Positions 1 through 8,799 of a stretch of DNA of 33,142 nt are shown here, piece by piece. Source of the DNA: a virus (taxonomy: Duplodnaviria; Caudoviricetes); IMG/VR virus record IMGVR_UViG_3300027672_000042, positions 1 to 33,142 of that record, one strand, 5' to 3'. Under the pieces are notes generated by a model, which was not told the DNA's origin, searched no databases, and worked only from the letters and a program-made list of their open reading frames with translations. Within the stretch, counting starts at the first letter, position 1. The number at the start of each line of letters is the position of its first letter. The translations under genes and the position numbers were made by a program.

Positions 1-120
1 GTTATTATAGATAACCATGATTTAGAAAATTTAAAAATAACTGGGGGTCATTTAATTCCAATATTAGTTAATGCAATCAAAGAACTTAAAGCAGAAATAG
101 AATTACTAAAAAACAAATAA
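1..120 (+). CDS. 3' end of tail fibre/spike gene (peptidase S74-like intramolecular chaperone C-terminus), partial
   Basis: Frame 1 reads VIIDNHDLENLKITGGHLIPILVNAIKELKAEIELLKNK*. LIPILVNAIKEL followed by a coiled coil is typical of S74 chaperone C-termini. Confidence 0.7.
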   Translation, partial: VIIDNHDLENLKITGGHLIPILVNAIKELKAEIELLKNK

Positions 121-134
121 AGAAAGAGGATAAA

Positions 135-1016
135 ATGTTGAATACGTATGTCGTAGAAGGCGGAGTAGGTAAGTGTGCTACATTTAGTGCATTAATTCCT
201 AAGTTAAAAGAAAAAGGAGATGTGCAAATATACACACCTTACATAGGTTGTTTTGCCAGTAATCCAGATGTTAGGTTAGTATTAGAGCAAACTTTACATT
301 TAACAGATCCAAGGATCATGGCATCGAACAATATTTTTTATTGCGAGCCTTACAAATCTAATTTTCAATTTGGTAAACAACATATTATTGAAAGCTACTG
401 TGAACATCATGGTGTTGACTATGATAAATCAATGACAGCTAAACTGTATACAGAACATTATAAAGTGGCTGTTACTAAATGGTTAGCTGATAATGAGATT
501 GGTAAATACATAATGATTCAATTCTCTGGTGGCCAACCTCAAATGGGTTTTAATGCCAGTAACCAATACACAAATATTAATCCAAATAGAAACTATCAAC
601 CATACCTTGCTCAACAAGTAGTTAATATGTTGAGAGAAGAATATAAAGATACTACTATTATCAACTGTGTTTTACCTAATGAGCCACATTATAATGACAC
701 TATTAGATGTGATTTACACTGGACCCAGTTACATGAAATGTTAAAAGGATCTGAAGGGTTCGTTGCTATAGATAGTTGTCTACAACACTTCTCACCCTCA
801 GCTAAAGCTTATGGGGTTGTTGTTTGGGGCAGTACTCGTTGGACACAATTTGGCTATTCACATAACAAAAACCTACAGTTTCACATGGGAAATGACTGGG
901 ATGAGGCTAAATATAATGATAGCGATCCTAGAAATAACATGGTAGAACCAAAAATAATTCTTGATGAATTTAAAAAACTTGATACAACTAAACCCGTTGC
1001 ATGCGCAACAAAATAA
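135..1016 (+). CDS. Glycosyltransferase-like protein (GT-B fold, GT9/heptosyltransferase-like)
   Basis: N-terminal GGVGK motif, C-terminal FVAIDSCLQH and VVVWGST...FGY motifs; SD GAGGA upstream. Confidence 0.6.
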   Translation: MLNTYVVEGGVGKCATFSALIPKLKEKGDVQIYTPYIGCFASNPDVRLVLEQTLHLTDPRIMASNNIFYCEPYKSNFQFGKQHIIESYCEHHGVDYDKSMTAKLYTEHYKVAVTKWLADNEIGKYIMIQFSGGQPQMGFNASNQYTNINPNRNYQPYLAQQVVNMLREEYKDTTIINCVLPNEPHYNDTIRCDLHWTQLHEMLKGSEGFVAIDSCLQHFSPSAKAYGVVVWGSTRWTQFGYSHNKNLQFHMGNDWDEAKYNDSDPRNNMVEPKIILDEFKKLDTTKPVACATK

Positions 1017-1028
1017 GGAGAAAATATT

Positions 1029-1277
1029 ATGAGTGAAGACGTAAAAACTGCAGAAGATATAGCACAAGATTACACAGCTATGGGACATTCAGTAACTTTA
1101 ATTAATGAAGTTATTGCTGGAACGGATATGGAAGATGAATCAGCAACAGAAAAACAAGATTGTGTTGACAGAAATGTTGAACACCTAGAGCTTATGGTTG
1201 CTAAAGATTTTTGGACTGATGAGAGTATGACTGCTGCTAATTCTGCAATCACTGCTGGTAAATCATACAAAGCTTAG
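1029..1277 (+). CDS. Small acidic hypothetical protein (tail-associated by position)
   Basis: 82 aa ORF with strong AAGGAG SD, located in the tail module. Confidence 0.65.
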   Translation: MSEDVKTAEDIAQDYTAMGHSVTLINEVIAGTDMEDESATEKQDCVDRNVEHLELMVAKDFWTDESMTAANSAITAGKSYKA

Positions 1278-1303
1278 TATTAATCTCCTGTAGATAACAA
1301 ATG

Positions 1304-1332
1304 TTGATATAACTAGAAATCTAGTATATTTT
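1304..1332 (+). promoter_or_regulatory. Putative sigma70-type promoter TTGATA-N17-TATTTT with ACTAGA-AA-TCTAGT palindrome in the spacer
   Basis: Intergenic and upstream of 1350; palindrome at 1312-1325. Confidence 0.4.
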
Positions 1333-1349
1333 AAACTAGGGATTAATTT

Positions 1350-3584
1350 ATGCTACAAAAACTAGGATTTTTACCAGGATTCAATAAACAAGTCACAGAC
1401 ACCGGAGCCGAAAGTCAATGGGTAGATGGTGAGAATGTACGTTTTAGATATGGTACACCGGAGAAGATAGGTGGTTGGCAACAACTAGGTACCAGTAAAC
1501 TAACAGGTGCCGCTAGAAATTTACATCATTTTGTTAGCACAGCTTCTACTAAATACGCAGTAATAGGAACTAGTAATATTCTATATGTTTATTCAGGTAG
1601 TATTTTTTATGACATACATCCTTTAGTTAATCCTTCGGGAACAACTCTTTCAAACTGTTTTACTACTACTAACGGATCACCTACAGTTACTATAACTTTT
1701 CCAAGTGACCACAGTTTTATTGCAGGAAACATTATCCTGTTTAGTAATTTCTCTAGCGCTACTAATTCTAATTATACTGCTGCAGATTTTGATGGTAAGA
1801 AATACATGGTAACAGCAACCCCTACTTCAACTACAATTACAATTACTATGGCTACTAACGAAACAGGTAGTGGCGCTACTACTTCAGGTAGTGTTAAATT
1901 TTTTCAATACTATAGTGTTGGACCCGCAGAACAACTAGGTGCTTTTGGTTGGGGTATATCTTTATTCGGGGGTAATCTTTTAGGAACCTTACTTACAACG
2001 TTAAACGGATCATTATCAGATAATGCTTTTGGTACAGGAGGTTCGGGTACCGTGGTCACTTTAGCAAGTACAGCAGGTCTTCCTTCAACTGGAGTAAATT
2101 TTATTACTGTTGGAACAATAGGTAGTGTTCCTAATAGTGAAACCATTTCATACACCGGAATAGCCGGAAACAATCTTACCGGTATTACTAGAGGAGTTTT
2201 AAACACAACAAGACAAGCTTGGTCTTCTGGAAGTACTGTTACTAATACTTCTTCCTTTACAGGTTGGGGATCTCCCGCAGCTAATACAGACTCAGTAAAT
2301 GATCCTGGTCTATGGTCCTTGGACAACTTAGGGTCTACCTTGATTGCATTAATTCACAACGGAGAATGTTTTAAATGGGATGGTGATGCAACTAATGCAA
2401 CAAGTGTTAGAGCTGTTATTATTCCAAACGCACCAACCGCGTCGCGTGATATGTTAGTCTCTACTCCAGATCGTCACTTAGTATTTTTTGGAACAGAGAA
2501 AACAATTGGAGATAAAGATACTCAAGATGATATGTTTATAAGATTTTCGTCTCAAGAAAATATAGAAGATTATACACCTACAGCAACCAATAGTGCCGGT
2601 ACACAAAGACTGGCCGCCGGATCACGGATCATGGGGGCTAAGCTTGGAAGAAATGCAATTTACATTTGGACCGACACCTCACTATTTACAATGAGATTTG
2701 TAGGTACTCCGTTTACCTTTGCTTACGAGCAAGTTGGAACCAACTGTGGTTTAATTGGAATGAACGCAGCTGTTGAAGTAGATGGTGCTGCTTACTGGAT
2801 GTCCGATAATGGATTCTTTAGGTATACCGGTCAACTACAATCAATGGATTGCTTAGTCGAAGATTATGTTTTTGATGATATAAATACAGTATCTAATCAA
2901 TTAATTTATTGTGGTATTAATAACTTGTTTGGCGAGATAACTTGGTTTTACTGTAGTGGTACTTCTAATGTAGTTAACAGATCAGTTACCTATAGCTATT
3001 TAGATTCAACAAAAAAACGTCCGATATGGTTTACTAATGCAAGTGCCTTATACCCGAGAACAACTTGGGTTGACTCTGCTGTATTTGGTTTACCTCATGC
3101 AACTAGATATGATGCAGGAGACGATGCGTCTTTTGATGTTATTGGAAACACTGAAGGAACTACAATTTATTTCCAACATGAAACAGGAGTTAATCAAGTA
3201 ACTGCTTTCACGGGTCCTGTTCCTATACCGGCTAATATTATTTCTGGAGATTATGATATCACACAAAAAGTAGTTAAAGGTGCAGCTAGCAATTTAGCAG
3301 ATCTTAGAGGAGACGGTGAAGCTATGATGAGAATTAGTAGAATAGTTCCTGACTTTATTAACCAAGCAGAAAATGTAATAGCTACATTATTTGTTAGAGA
3401 TTACCCAAACAACACGGCAGCAAGTTCACCCTTAGGTCCGTTTACTTTAGCACCTACAACTACAAAAGTAGATACTCGTGCTAGAGGTAGAGCCATAGCT
3501 CTTTCTATTTCTAACACAGAAATAGATAGTACTTGGAAACTTGGTACTTTTAGATTAGATATACAATCTGGAGGAAGACGATAA
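1350..3584 (+). CDS. Tail stabilisation / tail tubular (P22 gp10-like) protein with Thr/Ser/Gly-rich insertion
   Basis: 744 aa beta-rich protein; ENVRFRYG..EKIGGW at the N-terminus, GTNCGLIG and C-terminal GTFRLDIQ.GRR motifs; lies before the ejection genes. Confidence 0.65.
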   Translation: MLQKLGFLPGFNKQVTDTGAESQWVDGENVRFRYGTPEKIGGWQQLGTSKLTGAARNLHHFVSTASTKYAVIGTSNILYVYSGSIFYDIHPLVNPSGTTLSNCFTTTNGSPTVTITFPSDHSFIAGNIILFSNFSSATNSNYTAADFDGKKYMVTATPTSTTITITMATNETGSGATTSGSVKFFQYYSVGPAEQLGAFGWGISLFGGNLLGTLLTTLNGSLSDNAFGTGGSGTVVTLASTAGLPSTGVNFITVGTIGSVPNSETISYTGIAGNNLTGITRGVLNTTRQAWSSGSTVTNTSSFTGWGSPAANTDSVNDPGLWSLDNLGSTLIALIHNGECFKWDGDATNATSVRAVIIPNAPTASRDMLVSTPDRHLVFFGTEKTIGDKDTQDDMFIRFSSQENIEDYTPTATNSAGTQRLAAGSRIMGAKLGRNAIYIWTDTSLFTMRFVGTPFTFAYEQVGTNCGLIGMNAAVEVDGAAYWMSDNGFFRYTGQLQSMDCLVEDYVFDDINTVSNQLIYCGINNLFGEITWFYCSGTSNVVNRSVTYSYLDSTKKRPIWFTNASALYPRTTWVDSAVFGLPHATRYDAGDDASFDVIGNTEGTTIYFQHETGVNQVTAFTGPVPIPANIISGDYDITQKVVKGAASNLADLRGDGEAMMRISRIVPDFINQAENVIATLFVRDYPNNTAASSPLGPFTLAPTTTKVDTRARGRAIALSISNTEIDSTWKLGTFRLDIQSGGRR

Positions 3585-3748
3585 TGGCTAAAATTGTACA
3601 ATCATTAACCAGAGCTAGTGATGAATATGATCAAGACATATCTCAATCTTTAGTTAGAGATTTAGATGCCGTATTAGAAAAATTAAATAGTACCTTTCAA
3701 GAAGAATTAAAACAGGAGATAGAAGCTAGAAGTTTCTTTTTAGATTAA
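3584..3748 (+). CDS. Hypothetical 54-aa protein (not in ORF track)
   Basis: MAKIVQSLTRASDEYDQD...RSFFLD*; TAATG overlaps with both neighbours. Confidence 0.75.
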   Translation: MAKIVQSLTRASDEYDQDISQSLVRDLDAVLEKLNSTFQEELKQEIEARSFFLD

Positions 3749-4089
3749 TGGCAGTAGTAAACCAATATAAATTTTATGGAGCGACAGTAACTTCAACAGC
3801 AATTCAGTATACTTTTGGATCAGATGCAAATACAATAATACCTGCTGTTAATGAGACCATTGTTATAAAATCTATTTTAGTTAGCTCAGCTGGAACACCT
3901 ACTATTACTTTAACTAATAATGGTTTTCCTTTTATCAAAGCTGCATTAACTGCTAACACTATGACAGAATTATTGACTCAGCCTTTAATTGTAGAAGGAG
4001 GCACTTACTTTAGATTTACAGTCAGCACAACAGATTCCACAACAATAGGTATTAGCTTTTTAAACATACTAAAAGAGGTAACAACATAA
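3748..4089 (+). CDS. Small beta-rich virion protein (hypothetical)
   Basis: 113 aa, translationally coupled, in the structural module. Confidence 0.65.
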   Translation: MAVVNQYKFYGATVTSTAIQYTFGSDANTIIPAVNETIVIKSILVSSAGTPTITLTNNGFPFIKAALTANTMTELLTQPLIVEGGTYFRFTVSTTDSTTIGISFLNILKEVTT

Positions 4090-4265
4090 TGAACGATACA
4101 CCAATACTACAGGCTAAGGTAGAGACTACTTATAGACACAAGGAAACAGGAGAGCTTTTTAAGGAGAGAAAAGACTGGGAAGTTAAAGGTTTTAAACAAG
4201 AAGAAATGGCACAAGATGTAAATGTTATTATGCCATCTCTTGATTTATTAGGAAAAACAAAGTAA
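4089..4265 (+). CDS. Hypothetical 58-aa protein (not in ORF track)
   Basis: MNDTPILQAKVETTYRHKETGE...LLGKTK*; TAATG coupling and GAGG SD. Confidence 0.75.
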   Translation: MNDTPILQAKVETTYRHKETGELFKERKDWEVKGFKQEEMAQDVNVIMPSLDLLGKTK

Positions 4266-4268
4266 ACT
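4240..4268 (+). promoter_or_regulatory. Putative promoter TTGATT-N17-TAAACT for the ejection-protein genes
   Basis: Canonical 17-bp spacing; the ATG at 4278 lacks an obvious SD. Confidence 0.45.
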
Positions 4269-4277
4269 ATACAAATC

Positions 4278-4646
4278 ATGGGAATAGAAGATATACAAAT
4301 TTCAGAAGAGCTAGAAACTAACGCACCGTCTATTAGGTATAGAGGAGACGAAGGTCCTAAATCACCTCAAGAAGAACAGCAAATGATGGCTGCTGAAATA
4401 TGGGAACAAATGGAACCAGAACAAAAAGAACAGTTTCAAAGTTTTGAAGCTTTTTTTGAAAGTGGAATCTGGAAACAAATTATACAACAGATGCAAGCAG
4501 ACCAAACACCAGAAATGTCTATGAACGAAAATGTTAACATGGCCGAATCAATGCCAGGCGGTGGTATCGCTGATGTTGATATGAGAGAACAAGTTCAGAT
4601 GAGAGCCAACGGTGGTCTGATGGGTCTATACAACAGAGGTAGATAG
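4278..4646 (+). CDS. Acidic Met/Gln-rich putative internal virion protein
   Basis: 122 aa ending MRANGGLMGLYNRGR. Confidence 0.6.
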   Translation: MGIEDIQISEELETNAPSIRYRGDEGPKSPQEEQQMMAAEIWEQMEPEQKEQFQSFEAFFESGIWKQIIQQMQADQTPEMSMNENVNMAESMPGGGIADVDMREQVQMRANGGLMGLYNRGR

Positions 4647-4648
4647 TC

Positions 4649-6778
4649 ATGGCTAAAGTAGCTATTCAAGGTGGAGTAAAAAACTATCTTGGCGATCAAA
4701 AAACTGTAGGTAAGGTGCCCATTAAATGGAAGTCGGGACCCGATCATCCTGAAACAGAACTAGCTTATATTACAAAAGCAGAAAAAGATTTACTTCTTAA
4801 AAAAGATTTACACAATTCACTAAATGGTAAACCTAACAGAGGACCATCCGGTGTAATGAGTTTAAATGGTTGGGGTGATAAAAACTCTGATGGTAGTTCT
4901 GACACAAGTGGTGGAAATGCTGGTGCAGAGGGTGGTCAAGGAAGTGGAAATTCTAGAGATAGCTATGATAGCGGAAATGATAGAGGTGCAGAACAAAGGG
5001 CATCTGCAGCTAGACAAGCAGCGCAAGCAAAAGCTAAAAGAAATAATGAAGCTGCAACAAAAAAAGCAGCAAAAGATTTAGCAGACAGACAAGCTAAAAA
5101 AGCTAAAAAAGATAAGGAAGATAAAGCTAAAAGAGATAAAATAGCTCAAGAAAAAGAAATCCAAAAAATGTTGGATTTAAAAAAGAAAGCTGAAGAGAAA
5201 AAAAAAATAGATGATGCATTAAAAGCTGAATCAATTTATAAATATAAAAAAAATCCTATATTTGATTTTATTCCATATAAAAAACCATTAGATTTTTTAA
5301 GTGAGAAATTTATAAGTCAAGGTTCTTTAAAGAATAGGATGGATTATATTAATTCATTACCTCCTCAACAAAAAAGAGCTATGATAGAGAAGTTGGGCTT
5401 AGCAAACGATGAAGAGTATGACGAACTAGACGAAAAATCTTTAAAAGAATCTGGTTTAGATTATTTTAATTTACAGGATGCTTTTTCAACATTTAATGAT
5501 GATGATCTATCAAGTATTTATGGCAAAGATATCCCTACTTTAAGTGGAGATCCAAAACAATACCAAGGACTGGGTAGTAATGATGCATTTAATCTTATTA
5601 ACTATGACGGTAATTTTTTAAAAGAATACGGGCAAAATAATGTAGACACAGGAGACACAGGAGGTGAAAATAATCAAGAAATTTTTTCTCCTATTCCAAA
5701 ACAAATAATGCCTGTTGAAAAAAAAATTGACTACAGATTTGGTGACCCTAATTTAGGTAAAGCTGCAGACGTGACCAGAGAATCTTATGATTTTAATCAA
5801 GGTGGCGTAGTTCCAGAAATGAGTGGTGGAATTATGGGCACTAGAGCAAGAAGAGCTATGGGTGGAATCATGAACAGAGTCGATCAAAGACAAGGATATT
5901 TTTTAGGTAAGATAGTTAAAGGTATTAAAGGTGCAGTCAGTGGTGTTGCTGATGCAGCAGGAAAAGTTTTAAAAAGTGATGTAGGTAAGATGGCAATGTT
6001 AGCTGCAGGGGCTTATTACATGCCAGGTTATGGAATAAAAGCAACAGGTGGTTTTGGAAATATGTTTGCTGGTGCAGCTTCAGGCAGTCCTGGATTTTTT
6101 TCTAAAGCTGCAAGCGGTGTAATGGGATTAAAAGGTAAATATGATGAGTTAGGTACACTTGGAAAAATGGCTACGATGGGTGGTCTTGGTTTAGGTCTAT
6201 CTATGATCCCTGGATTAAATAAAGCTAAACCAAACGAAACAAGTTTTAGTGACAGAGGTGGGAGTTTAAAAAATTCACAAGGACAAGAAGGACAAGAAGC
6301 TATTCAAAATGAAATTCAAGAAGCATATAAAAGTGGAGACCCACAAAGAATAGCGGAAGTTCAACAATACTATAATTATATGCTGCCTCCTTTAGACGCA
6401 GTTCAAGATTTAAATTTACCTAGTAAATTACCTTATACTAAATACGCTGCTAACGGTGGTAGAATAGGTAGAGCAGAAGGTGGATTAATGGACCTTGGTG
6501 GTATGGAAAAAGATTACAGAGCTGAAGGTGGTTTTGTACCCATTGGAGAGTATGAAAAAAAAGATGACGTACCTGCAAGATTAAGTGTTAATGAATTTGT
6601 GTTTACAGCAGACGCTGTAAGAGGTGCCGGTCAAGGGGACATTGACAAAGGTGCAGAAATAATGGAGAATATGATGGAAAATTTAGAAAATGGTGGTACA
6701 ATATCAGAAGAGTCACAAGGAAATAATGGCGCTCAACAAATGTTTGAAACATCAGAGAGATTAGGAGAAGTATTATAA
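4649..6778 (+). CDS. Putative ejection/internal virion protein
   Basis: 709 aa with a coiled coil, Gly/Ala-rich hydrophobic segments and a C-terminal DDVPARLSVNEFVFTADAV motif. Confidence 0.6.
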   Translation: MAKVAIQGGVKNYLGDQKTVGKVPIKWKSGPDHPETELAYITKAEKDLLLKKDLHNSLNGKPNRGPSGVMSLNGWGDKNSDGSSDTSGGNAGAEGGQGSGNSRDSYDSGNDRGAEQRASAARQAAQAKAKRNNEAATKKAAKDLADRQAKKAKKDKEDKAKRDKIAQEKEIQKMLDLKKKAEEKKKIDDALKAESIYKYKKNPIFDFIPYKKPLDFLSEKFISQGSLKNRMDYINSLPPQQKRAMIEKLGLANDEEYDELDEKSLKESGLDYFNLQDAFSTFNDDDLSSIYGKDIPTLSGDPKQYQGLGSNDAFNLINYDGNFLKEYGQNNVDTGDTGGENNQEIFSPIPKQIMPVEKKIDYRFGDPNLGKAADVTRESYDFNQGGVVPEMSGGIMGTRARRAMGGIMNRVDQRQGYFLGKIVKGIKGAVSGVADAAGKVLKSDVGKMAMLAAGAYYMPGYGIKATGGFGNMFAGAASGSPGFFSKAASGVMGLKGKYDELGTLGKMATMGGLGLGLSMIPGLNKAKPNETSFSDRGGSLKNSQGQEGQEAIQNEIQEAYKSGDPQRIAEVQQYYNYMLPPLDAVQDLNLPSKLPYTKYAANGGRIGRAEGGLMDLGGMEKDYRAEGGFVPIGEYEKKDDVPARLSVNEFVFTADAVRGAGQGDIDKGAEIMENMMENLENGGTISEESQGNNGAQQMFETSERLGEVL

Positions 6779-7734
6779 TGGCAGTCACAGAAACAAGAAG
6801 TTTACCACCAAAATTTGTAGAAGATCTAGGTAAAGATTATGCAAAACAGTTAACTGGTTTAACTTCATTACCTCTTGATACAAAAAAATTCCAACCAATG
6901 GTTGCCGGTCAAGACCAAGCACAAAAAGATGCTTATTCAATGGCTACAACACAAGGTCAAGGTATAGGATCTTTTCAACCTTACTTACAACAAGCCGGAG
7001 CCTTTCAACAAGGAACTGGAACTTTTGCGGGTCAACCTACAAACATGATGGGTTCACAAGATTATTTACAAGCCGCTCAAGCACAGTCCACGGCTCAAGG
7101 AGCTTTGTCAGGACCTAATGCATACAAACAATTTATGTCTCCGTACCAACAAGATGTAATTAATGCAACTATGACTGATTACGACAAGCAAGCCGCAAAA
7201 GGAATGACAAGTATTGGTCAAAACGCAGCTATGTCTGGTAACTTAGGTGGCGGGCGTGAAGGTGTAATGAGAGCAGAATATAAAAATCAATCTGACATGA
7301 ACAGAGCTTTACTACAAGGAAAAATGTTACAACAAGGTTTTGGTCAAGCTCAAGGACAAGCGAACACAGCGTTTGGACAACAAGGAAATTTATTTAGTAA
7401 CCAACAAAACTTAATGCAGGGTGCAAATACTTTAGGAGCGGATCAACAAAGAATGGCTTCATTAGTACCAGGTTTATACGGACAAGATGTTCAAACATTA
7501 CAAGGTGCTGGAACTAATCAACAACTACAATCACAAAATATTCTTGATCAACAAAGAGAAGCTAATAGAATGGCAGCCTACGAACCTTATGAGAGACTAA
7601 ATTATATGGGTGCCGGTATGGGTAATGTTATGGGTAGTGCGATGGGTCAATATCAAACACAAGTTTCACCAAACAAATCTGCACTAGAAACAGCAATCGG
7701 TATAGGTTCTCTTGGTTATGGAATGACAAAGTAA
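6778..7734 (+). CDS. Gln/Ala/Gly-rich DNA ejection (pilot-like) protein
   Basis: 318 aa; FMSPYQQDVI and GGGREGV motifs; hydrophobic Gly-rich C-terminus. Confidence 0.6.
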   Translation: MAVTETRSLPPKFVEDLGKDYAKQLTGLTSLPLDTKKFQPMVAGQDQAQKDAYSMATTQGQGIGSFQPYLQQAGAFQQGTGTFAGQPTNMMGSQDYLQAAQAQSTAQGALSGPNAYKQFMSPYQQDVINATMTDYDKQAAKGMTSIGQNAAMSGNLGGGREGVMRAEYKNQSDMNRALLQGKMLQQGFGQAQGQANTAFGQQGNLFSNQQNLMQGANTLGADQQRMASLVPGLYGQDVQTLQGAGTNQQLQSQNILDQQREANRMAAYEPYERLNYMGAGMGNVMGSAMGQYQTQVSPNKSALETAIGIGSLGYGMTK

Positions 7735-8798
7735 TGAATAATACGTTTCGTAGACCTATGTTTAGAAAAGGTGGCATGGCGGATAGCGGTGGCACTGGTA
7801 TTACATCTGGCTTACAATCACCTAGACAAGGTTATCAAGGTACAGAAGATCCTAGAGATCAAAATGTTTATAAGTATGATCCAAGAACTGCGACTCCAGA
7901 TCAAATGAGAGCTGAAGCAGAAAGACTTTATCCAGAAAAACCTAGAGACAACAAAGATTTATTTATTGATTTTGGTTTAGATTTAATTTCAAGACCAGCT
8001 TCGGGGGGATCTATTTTTGAAAACATTGGTGCCTCTGGTCAAACAGCTTATGACAGATATAGAGCTACAAACACAAAAAGAGATGAGAGATTAGATGACA
8101 AAAGATCTGATATGTTTACTTCATTAATTGAAGGTCAAGCAGACATATTAGGGTCAGAGACTGGTGGTAAAACATACAGAGATTTAGAAATATCTAAACA
8201 ATTAGAATCAATCATTCCTAAAATATACGAGATAGAATCTAGAGTTGCAGACGGTACAGCAACTGACGATGATATAATGCAATTAGATATATTAAAAACT
8301 CAAAAAAATAACTACACTAAAAGCAATCCAGTAACAGAAGGTGCTATAAAAATATTTGTTAGTTCTCCATCGGGACAAAATTTATTTAATTCATTATCTG
8401 AAAAACTTTTAGATGAAGATCAAGAGGGTAAGTACACAGATGAGCAAGATGTACAATTATACATAGATACTATCGCACAAATTAAAAAAATCCTTGGTCA
8501 GTTCTCCAGTGGTGGTAGAGCAAGATATGCGAACGGTGAATTAGTTCAAGAACAGATTACAGAAACAGGGGCCATGGTTCCCGGACCAATGGGTGGACAG
8601 AACATGAATACTGATAACCCTATAAGTTACGATCAGTTAAGAGCAAGATTACCAAATGAAATTACAGATGATATTGTAGAGTTAATGACTAATAGTGCAG
8701 AAGCACTAGAAGACTTTGCTATGATTTCAGACCAATCACAAGTAGATCAATTTAATAAAAAATATAGCGTTAACTTAGTACTACCAGCGGAGGCGTAA
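7734..8798 (+). CDS. Putative ejection/internal virion protein
   Basis: 354 aa starting FRRPMFRKGG; coupled to neighbours. Confidence 0.55.
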   Translation: MNNTFRRPMFRKGGMADSGGTGITSGLQSPRQGYQGTEDPRDQNVYKYDPRTATPDQMRAEAERLYPEKPRDNKDLFIDFGLDLISRPASGGSIFENIGASGQTAYDRYRATNTKRDERLDDKRSDMFTSLIEGQADILGSETGGKTYRDLEISKQLESIIPKIYEIESRVADGTATDDDIMQLDILKTQKNNYTKSNPVTEGAIKIFVSSPSGQNLFNSLSEKLLDEDQEGKYTDEQDVQLYIDTIAQIKKILGQFSSGGRARYANGELVQEQITETGAMVPGPMGGQNMNTDNPISYDQLRARLPNEITDDIVELMTNSAEALEDFAMISDQSQVDQFNKKYSVNLVLPAEA

Positions 8799-8799
8799 C

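Noticed and set aside
5000-5230. A-rich AAAGCT/AAAGA repeats in the 709-aa gene
   Set aside because: Explained by Lys/Ala/Glu coiled-coil coding; the frame is intact and no frameshift is needed.
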